From positions 12,471,621-12,535,620 of the forward strand of contig CAJINV010000002.1 in the NCBI GenBank assembly GCA_905178155.1: a DNA stretch of 64,000 nt, written 5' to 3'. The position numbers were made by a program, and so were the translations under genes. This document shows positions 45,564 through 54,766 of the stretch, one piece after another. Below the pieces are notes generated by a model. The model made no database searches, was not told where the DNA came from, and was given only the letters and a program-made list of their open reading frames with translations. Numbering within the stretch: the stretch's first letter is position 1; each line of letters opens with the position of its first letter. The DNA is from Amoebophrya sp. A120. Taxonomy: Eukaryota; Protista; Dinoflagellata.

Positions 45564-48242
45564 CTACCGTTTGGATGTCGTGTACGTGGAGCTCGTTGTG
45601 CTGGAGGTACTGGACGGGTTACTGACGACGCAGTTTTGTCTCCACGCCTTGGCTGCGTTCGCGTCCATCAGTTCCACTAGGGTCGAAAACAGGTCCCCGG
45701 AGACGAAGTCGTTGTCGACGATGTTCATCAGAAACCAGGTCTGCTTGATCGTCTGACTAATGAGCAGTTTGCTCGGCGAGTTTTCCGGGTAGATGCTGCT
45801 CCACAGGTCCCACAGCTCGAAGGCTTCGTCCTTCCAGGCCTCGAAGCTTACATCGTCGCACACCGTGGGCTGGATCACCTCGGACGAGGGGAAAACGCCC
45901 CAGGTGATGGCGCAAATCGTGTTGCTGCTGTTGTTCGTGTACTTTTTCGATCCGGACCGGTTTATCGCGGTGTACCGCCACGACTTTAGCTTTTCCTCGT
46001 CAATTTTTTCCAGCAAGTAGTGAAGATTCGTCGGCGAGATGAAGAACTCGATGTACCCCTTCTGGTAAACAAAGCCGCCCGGCGGACCCCACCCGACGAA
46101 GGGGTCGTTGGATAGCGTGGCGTTCACGCGCGGCTGGCTGTTGATCGTGAAAATCTCGAGCAAGTTGAGCTTGCACAGCTGGGGGAGGATAAAATTGGTT
46201 TCCTTGGTCGGCGCCTCGGTGTTCCAGGGCAGCTTCTTCACTTTTGGGTCGTTCTGCAGAAACTTGACGAACACCGTCGCGATGGACTTCAGCCCGTTGC
46301 TCAACTCCTCGCCCCACATGTTCCGCCGGTCCTGCCGCACTTTGGTCAGCGACTCCTTGCTGTAACTGACGAACTGCGTGGAGAAATCCCCGTAAGCCGG
46401 ACTGTCCTTGTTCCCGAACCGGCCGTTCGGAAAGTCGTCCCAGGACGCGGTGCGGTACAGGTACGATTGCGGTCGGTTGGCCCAAAAAATCGGCCGCACA
46501 GACTCCTCGTTGGACGTCTGGTGGTGCAGCTTCGTTGCGTGGTCTGCGGGCGGCGACTGGGAAATAACGTCGCGGTCATTTTGATTTTGATGATGTTGTC
46601 CTCCGGGACTTGCATTTGACGTTGAGCCAGCGGTATTGCCATGGCCACTGCTGGTACACAAGTTCCCGCTGGAGCGGAAGCCCGGTCGCCAGGGCAGCTT
46701 GCGATTGTTTCTCCACCAGTCAAACAGCTCCATGCCGTTGATCACGCGCAAAACTGCCGTTTCGAGGTTTAGCGTGTAGAAATGCAGCCCCCGTGGCTTC
46801 ACGTCTGGGTTCTTAGTCAAAAGCTCCGTGCACATTTTGATGCACTGCTCCACACCGAAGTTTTTTACCTGGTTGCAAATGTAATGAACAATAAAGTATC
46901 GCATAATTTTCGCTACCTCACTACTCTTGTTGCTCAATTATCATCAGAGCGAGTTGTGCTCATCTATGCGTCCTCAACTACATCTTTCTACAAACATACA
47001 TTACAAAAAAAAAAATTACTGAAATAATCCTGTTGATACCATTTGATCGTTATCCTTAATCAGTTCTAGCTCCTGCACGATGTCGTCCGGCACCTGCGTC
47101 TTGCAGTTTTCCGTCATCCGGCAAAAGCCGTTGTAGGACTGGATGGGCATGATGCCCGGTAGCACCGGCGTCTCCTCCGTGTCCACGCCTATTTTCCGTA
47201 GGGCCCGCACAAATTTCACGAACGCAGACACCTCGTAGAAAAGCTGAGTGACGACAAAGTCCGCGCCGGCGTCGATTTTTTCCTTCAAGAACTTCATATC
47301 TTGCTCAAACGACGCCGCCTCCAGGTGCCCTTCCGGGTAGCCTGCCACCGCAATGCAGAAGTAATTCCCCTCCTCCTCGCGGATAAAGCGAACCAGGTCG
47401 ACGGCGTGCTCGAAATCAGGTTTTTGTGTCGCTGTAATACCTTTGTCTTTCGCGGCCGTACGTTCCTCAGACGAGCTGCAATCCGATAGGTCGTTCACAG
47501 ACAATTCTCTTTCTCCCTTCAGTTTTTGAAAGTCATCATTCCCCTGTCCAGTTGTGGATGGAATTGAACTGTTTACGCTTCCCACGGGTCCCGGCCCGCT
47601 GGTGCTCGGACTAGTTGTGCCCTCATCGGTCGGCGCCAGATCTCCTCTTAAGGCTAAAAGGTTCTTTATGCCTGCCTGCTTGCAGCACTCCAAGGCCCTC
47701 CGAATGCTCCGCTTCGTGGCGTTGGCGCACGTCAAGTGCATCATGACATTCACGCCGTAGAACTGCGATATCAACTGTAAATATGTCTGGGTCTGGAAGA
47801 ATCCAACTTGTCATGCTGATTTTGGATTCTAAAAAAAGGTGTATTGCATGAGCAGCAAAGAGAGTCCAAGTTTTGCTACACGGAAAGAGCATTTGTCATG
47901 CGGTATAGGCATCAGGAAGCCCTCACAAAATATGTGATGCTAGGGCATGCATCACAGACATCAGAAGTCATGCAAAATGTGCATGACAAACCTGGCAATC
48001 TTCCAGACCCAGACATTTTTACATTTGATATGCGAGGCGATGCGGCATATCTCCAGGGTTTGGCCCTTCGTCTCCGGCTTCCAGGTCACATCTATCCACA
48101 GCGGATTCACGCGGCTCATGCGCTCAATCCGCTCGTACAGGTTCACCGTCCCGATGTCGGTTTTCGGCGGGAAGAATTCAAAAGAGAAAAACGGCCGGTC
48201 CGGCTCGTCATCCTCACGGATTAGGTCAATAATTTTCGCCAT
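45564..48242 (-). CDS. MTHFR: Methylenetetrahydrofolate reductase (catalytic plus regulatory domain)
   Basis: FSFEFFPPKT, MMHLTC, LALRGD, VAGYPEGH, VTQLF, LHFYTLN, RPIFWANRP and WDDFPNGRFG. One TIR-element intron and one GT-AG intron (46869-47039). Confidence 0.96.
47769..48030. mobile_element. Introner/MITE-like element, family A divergent copy 3 (262 bp), in an MTHFR exon
   Basis: 30-bp family A TIR; TSD TGCGA at 47764-47768 and 48031-48035; removing 267 nt gives ICRIASQFYGVNVMMHLTC. Confidence 0.93.
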
Positions 48243-48910
48243 GTTGATTGTGAGTAGGTGGGTAGATTGCGAGATATGTGGATCGAAAATGAAGCAAGGC
48301 TCGGTAAAATCACTGCACCTGTAGTAGACCAAAGAACTCGGGATGGACAAGAGTACAGTGGCAGCGGGCACGCCTGTATTTTTCGCGAAGGTACTTTCAA
48401 ACTGCGAGCATAAAGACGAGCGGGAATGAGAACAAAAAGATATTATTGATACGAGAGGAGTAGCTTGTCTTGATCAGTGCAACCTACTAGGACAGGGTAT
48501 TCATAGTAAATGGGTGGAGGTCCTTCGGGTCCCTGTACAGAACAGTGGAGAAAGGCACGTGATGGCAACCGAAAGCTCTCGCACGAATTTGCTACGTTTG
48601 ACCCGATGGTCAACAATCCAAGCAGAATCACAAACAAATCAACCGAAGAAGCCTTTTTCTTACTCGAGGTTTTGCAACCGAAAAATTTCAATAAGTGAGA
48701 AACTACGGCCGACCTTCTTCGCTCAAGAAAACAGATCAATCCGGGTTCTTGCACAGATATGTTTGCCGTTCTGGGGTGGACATGCAACGCGACAGTGTCA
48801 TTTTCAGTTTCACCGATGATGAACTATTTACCGGGACAAGCATGTTGGGCCAACCATATTCGTCGAAAGCGCAGCCATATGAACACGCAATTCTGCAAAC
48901 AGCCCCAGCG

Positions 48911-50392
48911 TCACGTAAGAATTTGCGCAAGCACTAGTCTGATACCTTCGGATTCCTTATCGTGCTTTTCACTTTCCTCGTCAGAGATCCATGTGACTGT
49001 CGGGTATCGCTCAGGTTGGTCTCTGTGCTTTTTGTAAAAGGCTTTGCGGCGAGCGATCTGTGCTGGCGTCATGTACACCGCGCCTTGCATACTTTCGACC
49101 ATTTCATCAATCGCATCACGACCATCGGCAGTTTGGCTTTCTATCTTATCTGTCGCAACTTCAATGCGATCACGCGCAGCAGAGGACGAAAGCGTATCAA
49201 TGTGCTGTCGGCTTGCGCGCTTCAAAATCTTCTTCGCCCGCTTGTAAAACTTCGCGCTACTAGAAGTTGAGGATGTCGACGCTTTCCGGGCCTCCGCAGG
49301 ACTGCCCCGCACGTCTTCCGGAATCAGCGACGTTTCGTGCGCAAAAACGATTCGGCGGTGGAAAGCGATTTCTGGTTTTGTCAGAGGAAAAAACTCATGC
49401 ACGATCGGGATGTCCGTAGACTTGCGCGTACATATCCCCAGGACTTTCGAAGTCGGTCCTCCGCTAGTCGTGTGGTCCAGGCTGTCGATCCCGAGGGAAC
49501 ACACACTTTGCACCAGATTGCGAAAGTCCTCTTCGCTGCCGCTAGTACTTTGTCGTTGTTCCCTGCTTTGACTTCCCCGTTTCAGAGCCTGCAAGCGAAG
49601 CAGAGGGGATCCGTCTGCAGCTTCGCACGACGTGCCGCTTTCTGTAAGCACGAATACGCTCGCGTCCACAGACGAATCTGTACCAGTTGTACTTTCTCTT
49701 TCCTCCAGCAGCTCTACAACCCCATCGAAGAGCTCCGGAAGAAGACGGGGACCAGTTTGTTCAGGCTTCGTTTGCCCATGCGCCACACCTTGCTGTGCGA
49801 CTCTGTGCACAAGCAACGCCTGGTCAATCAACACCTCGGGCCTGTAGAACTGCAGTCGACGCCGAGTACTGCTCGTTCCATTTTGCGTTTTAGTACTGCT
49901 CCGCAGGACGTCGCGTTCAAAAGCCGCGAACTCCGCGTCCAGTGGCTTTAGGATATCTTCCACCCAGAGCGCGACTCTGGTCCGCGCCGTCGCGAAATCT
50001 GCCTGGCTGTCCGGTCCGCGACTAAACCGCGAGGAAAGCACCAGGCAATCGCTACCAAACTCCAGGCATTTCAACAGCTCAGGACTAAGCGGATCCACGA
50101 CGTGCAGGCTGCGGCGGGGCCGAGTTGCGAAATCGTCGCTCACCACCTCTCCGTGTTCCGCTGGTTCCCCTTTTCCTGCGCTCGCACTGTTTCCGCTGCA
50201 CCACCGACGGCAGATGGTGTAGTGGTAGGTCGACACATGGTTGTGGATGCGCTCTGTAGACGACCAACGACTAGCGTAAGAGGTAGCACCATGGTTCCAT
50301 TTATTCCATCGATGGCGGTGGAGGCGGTGCTGCGATGCATAAAAGACATTGCGGGTCCGACAAAGCTGCAGACCACCTACTGCCCGACTCAT
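48911..50392 (-). CDS. Hypothetical protein (493 aa), possible mitochondrial presequence
   Basis: Long ATG ORF with Arg/Ser/His-rich, acid-poor N-terminus. Confidence 0.65.
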   Translation of the reverse strand: MSRAVGGLQLCRTRNVFYASQHRLHRHRWNKWNHGATSYASRWSSTERIHNHVSTYHYTICRRWCSGNSASAGKGEPAEHGEVVSDDFATRPRRSLHVVDPLSPELLKCLEFGSDCLVLSSRFSRGPDSQADFATARTRVALWVEDILKPLDAEFAAFERDVLRSSTKTQNGTSSTRRRLQFYRPEVLIDQALLVHRVAQQGVAHGQTKPEQTGPRLLPELFDGVVELLEERESTTGTDSSVDASVFVLTESGTSCEAADGSPLLRLQALKRGSQSREQRQSTSGSEEDFRNLVQSVCSLGIDSLDHTTSGGPTSKVLGICTRKSTDIPIVHEFFPLTKPEIAFHRRIVFAHETSLIPEDVRGSPAEARKASTSSTSSSAKFYKRAKKILKRASRQHIDTLSSSAARDRIEVATDKIESQTADGRDAIDEMVESMQGAVYMTPAQIARRKAFYKKHRDQPERYPTVTWISDEESEKHDKESEGIRLVLAQILT

Positions 50393-50722
50393 TTATTTGC
50401 GAGATGATGATGCGGTGTCGTAACAAGCGAAAAACGAAAAAGGGCCCTGGTGATGCGATTACCACCATGATGAACACGAACACTATCTATAATGGTTTAG
50501 ATAAGTGAAAGAAAGTGTTCGTTGCATTGCGCCATCGCAAAAATAATCCTCCTCCCTGTTCCTGGACTCTCGTCAGGCAACGCGAACGCCCAAGAAAAAG
50601 AATGAACAGACTATCCGAAGAGGCTATTGCTGCTGCTATCGCGGCAATTGTAGGTAAAAAAATCTCGTTTCTGGCCGTGCGCATCGAATTCAAACGAGAG
50701 TTGTCTTGAGTCTTGTACTTGT

Positions 50723-51743
50723 TCAGAGCTCGTCTGATTTACTCTTTGTCGCATTCGTTTCGTTCGCTTTCTGGTCTTCGCCTGCATCGGGTTTTGAGCT
50801 TCCAGGCTCGGCTGTCTGTTCATACAGCCACGAATGGTAATCTTTGTTGGCGTCGACGAGTGTGGTGGACACTTCTTCGACATTTCCCTGACTTTCAAAG
50901 AAGTTCTTGACTTTCGGCAAACTTTCCCCGGTGGTCTTCACAAACAGGAGCCCACCGTCGTTGTCGTGCTGGGAGCAGCCGGCGAACCGTTTCTCCACTA
51001 CCTGCTTTCCCAAGTCCCGGAGGTCCGCAGCCTTGCTTGCGCCCGCTTTTCTCGTGAAAACCGCTTGGTAGCAGGCGTGCTCGGGAAGGTCGTTCCACTG
51101 CTGGTGTGTGAGCAGCATAGGAACATCGTCGCTGTGATTCTCGGTGATCGCCTTGGCTATCGTCTCAGACTGACTCGTGTCGCTAAATTCTACCTGGTGT
51201 GAATTTAGATTTACGTCATGCTCTTGATGTGCTAAAGAGAGTCAAGGTTCCCGTCCGAAGTTCAAACTTGCTTCGAGGAAACATGAGCTACTCACTGGTC
51301 AATAGCTACTTCAGTCGACACGTCAAAAGTAAGTACTTACTTAGCATGGTACGTGGTTCATGAAAGACACACCATCATCGCCTGCTCGCTTCTTGTTCTT
51401 TATCTTTTTGGAGAGCGCGAAAAATTATATGACGCACCTCAATCCGCGCCTCCACCGCGTTGTCAAGTTTTCCGTCCCACCAGAAGTGTGAATACACATT
51501 CCTCACGTTCACGGGCAGCCCAAGACTCGTCAGTGCCTTCTTGATATTCTCAGACGCGTCGTGGTTGTCCGTGGTGGTCGCGTACCACATTTTTTCGTCC
51601 GTGGGAGAACCGCGCACGAGATTCGTGCTGAAGCTGAACTTCGCGGTGGCTCCGAACAGGTAGCACAGGGCGTACTTCTTGAAAGCCGGTCGTGGAAAAC
51701 AGTTGAGTCGAGCGCTGGCACGGGACGATAATGACACCACCAT
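50723..51743 (-). CDS. Protein with two degenerate CutA-like repeats
   Basis: VYSHFWWDGKLDNAVE...ITENHSDDVP (repeat 1) and VVEKRFAGC...LFVKTT...ANKDYHSWL (repeat 2); GT-AG intron 51194-51437. Confidence 0.62.
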
Positions 51744-52277
51744 GGATGGACTGACTGTTGGGTTCTGCTAAAACTCACAACGCGTACGGTCTTTATGGCT
51801 ACTTCCAACGTGATAGTGAAGCGGCATCAAAATATGCTCCGGAAAAAGGTCGGTGATTCGTTGTAAAGCCAAGGAATTGAAATTCGATACTGCCACTGCA
51901 CCAGACATAAACTTTTCTGTATGGCATGGCTGCTTCGTAAATTCAGCTACGAAGCCGGCCTGCGATCTGTCTCAGAGAAGGCGTCATGCAGATTCTGATC
52001 GTGCAGACCGGCGGACGAACACACATCGATGAGAATGTTGAGTTACCCAGTTGTAATTCATCTAAGTGGCAGGTCGTGGATCCATCTGGTTTTGATCTTT
52101 CAAAGAAACGTGGCGGGAAACTGTTTCTGTTGTTTGCGAAAGAAAGTTCACGAGGAAAAAGTGAAAATCAATGCGGTGGCTTGAATTGTTTGCGGAGTTC
52201 TTCTCATTCTTGTGGTCATTTGATCTTTCAAAACGTCAATGTCAATCAATGAGATTTTTCGAATAACAGGAGCGGCA

Positions 52278-53438
52278 TCAATAGGCATGCTTCGACTGTT
52301 CATCTCGATGTTGGTCGCAATAGCACTGCAGTTCCGTAGCCAGGATTGCTTTTCCAGCAGTGGTTCCATAGCTCGTCCAGGTCGCTTCACCAGCAGCAGC
52401 GCCACCGGTGTCTGCTGATTTGTCGCCAAAAATCTCGCCCGGTCTGGCTCCTGACAAATCGGCGAGCAGTGTCTGCAGTGAAGTCGGTTCGGTCACCGTC
52501 ATGTCATTTTCGAGCTGCTTTGGTCTTCTTTTAAAAAGAACGAAATAGCTCGTGTTTCGCGCGTCCTGTTGGCAATCGCGCTTCAGGATCTGCATCTTGT
52601 ATAGCGTCGCTGCCCGCTCGCCGGCAAGAGCGGCAGGGATTCTGATTGTCTCCGCGCCGCGACCGTCGCCCCCAGGAGTGCTAGTGAGCAGCTGCGCCGC
52701 TGCCGTCGCGGTAGAAGACGCTTCCTCGATGACGACGTCGGGCTGTAAAGCTTCCAAAAACGCACCACACTGTTTCAAGGCCTGGGGATGCGAGCGGATA
52801 ACTGACAGGTTCTGTTTCAAAAACTCAACCGTCGGTGCTGCTGTAGGTGCATTCAATTTGTGACTCGCTCCGGTCCCATCGGAAGCATTAGTTCCCTTTT
52901 CCGGTGCTTCTGGAGTGTTGTTCGTCAACACGCCCGGTGCCACCATGAGGTGATGTCGGATACGCATTCCGACTGCGAGGGGAATCGCCGCGAGCCGGCA
53001 GCCCTCCGGCTCAGCAACGTGGCTTGTCAGCACTTCGAGTGCCTGCGTGACGACGCCTGCGCTGGTGTTGTAAACCGGTACCAAAGCGTAGTCCAGGTTT
53101 TCTCGGTGTACCAACTGGTTTAGCAACTCCGGAAAACCCCCGGACGGCACGCTGCGCGGAATGATCCTTATTTTACTCGAGTACTCATCGTGCTTGCTAC
53201 TTTCTCTGGCTATTCTTGGATTGACCGGACTTGTACTGTAAGAGGAAGTAACAGGTGCGACGTAATCATTGAACAGCTGCAAAAGTGCGTCTTCCGCGTG
53301 CGCACCCTCATAACCCATGAAGCCCACAACAATTTCCGCACCGGGCGGAGCTCGGTCCCCGTGGGATGGAGCAAGCGGTGCCTTTTCACTGCGCTGATCC
53401 TCATAGCTCAAGGCAGTAACTGCACCGGGAAGTGGCAT
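52278..53438 (-). CDS. Prephenate dehydratase-like protein (divergent); C-terminus may be spliced onto the frame ending at 52148
   Basis: GFMGYEGAHAE, VPVYNTSAG, IRSHPQALKQC, SSTATAA and ARNTSYF. Confidence 0.8.
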   Translation of the reverse strand: MPLPGAVTALSYEDQRSEKAPLAPSHGDRAPPGAEIVVGFMGYEGAHAEDALLQLFNDYVAPVTSSYSTSPVNPRIARESSKHDEYSSKIRIIPRSVPSGGFPELLNQLVHRENLDYALVPVYNTSAGVVTQALEVLTSHVAEPEGCRLAAIPLAVGMRIRHHLMVAPGVLTNNTPEAPEKGTNASDGTGASHKLNAPTAAPTVEFLKQNLSVIRSHPQALKQCGAFLEALQPDVVIEEASSTATAAAQLLTSTPGGDGRGAETIRIPAALAGERAATLYKMQILKRDCQQDARNTSYFVLFKRRPKQLENDMTVTEPTSLQTLLADLSGARPGEIFGDKSADTGGAAAGEATWTSYGTTAGKAILATELQCYCDQHRDEQSKHAY

Positions 53439-54766
53439 GATTGTCGTGAAGCGAAAAGTTTGCTTTTTCTCGGTCCGTTGCGTGAAGATATTTCCACATG
53501 GAGAAGATTTACTTTCTTGAACATGGATTTTTCTACGGCGACGAAAAAACACAAAATCCTGTGAGTATTTTTTTCTCTGCTACTATGACTACTTTGACCC
53601 AAGAGCAACACTACGATATTGCTGGACCTATGCAATCCACCAAATTCGACCAGCACGCCGTAATGTTGCATCCGAAAGCGACGATCGATCCTCTGCGAGA
53701 AACGAAGCAAAAATTTTCTGCCATAAAAATGTCATTCTGATCGGTCTTCCAACGAGCAGCAACGATCCGGCGAATCGACTTCTCGGAGATCTTCGATGTC
53801 ACAGACCGACATGCGACTACGCACTGAAATGCATATATGAGACAGATCTGTGTCTCGCGCACAATCTTCTACATCTACCTGTAGTCGTGCTACTATCCCA
53901 AACTCTGAACCCGCAGACGAACACATCCATCGCCTGCTCCGAAGCCCTCACCCATAGAGGTCGAGTGTGCACCTGCACGCGTGGTCTGTGTCACGGTATT
54001 ATTCGAGATGCTTTCATTCTTGTATCGAACGCAAAGCGCAAAAAAATTGAAATTCTGCACACAAACATGATTCAAAAATCGAGTTTCTCGACTGAATGTT
54101 GAAAATTGTCTCATACATATTTTTCAAACCAGGAAAATATTCGGGTACACACATGCTGAATACTAAAACTCCGTGAGCAAGAAGTACATCATGAACTATA
54201 CCGCTCTAGCACTTCCTCTTTTTGGAAGGTGCGAACGTGAAAGTTGTCGCAACGCCACTTCCAAAAAGACTTGCTCCTAATGAAGACTCTTCAATTGGAA
54301 AAAAATACGTTCGTTCAAAAAAAGCTCACAAAATGAGACCAGTGCCTTCTCCATGGAATTTGTTTGGGGTACAAATAGAGAGCAAATTTCTATGCTGATC
54401 TTGTTCCTGGAAGGCATGCGCTGTAGGGCTCCGCTTTCGGAAAAAAAAGATTTAGCAAAACTCAACCCTGAAGGTTGATATTATCAACAGAGTGCGAGTG
54501 CCTCAAAAACATACACATTTCTTCAACACCTCCTGCGTACTGTGAGTAGGTGAAAAATACCTACATTCGTGGTTCTTTACCTGATCATATTCAATCAATG
54601 TTTCAATGGCGTTGGCTGGGCCCCGCTTTGTTTAACAAGTACTGATTGACCACTGACAATAGCATTTAAATACAAATAGCTCAAGATCGCACACTACGGA
54701 TAAATCATGCGCTACTTGACACGTCATCGTCATCCTGAGGACCTTAGTTTTCGTTATGATGCCGGT

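Noticed and set aside
54474-54488. GTTGATA-T-TATCAAC small palindrome resembling joined element ends
   Set aside because: Only 7-bp arms and lacks the GYAAAA part of the terminal motif; likely chance.
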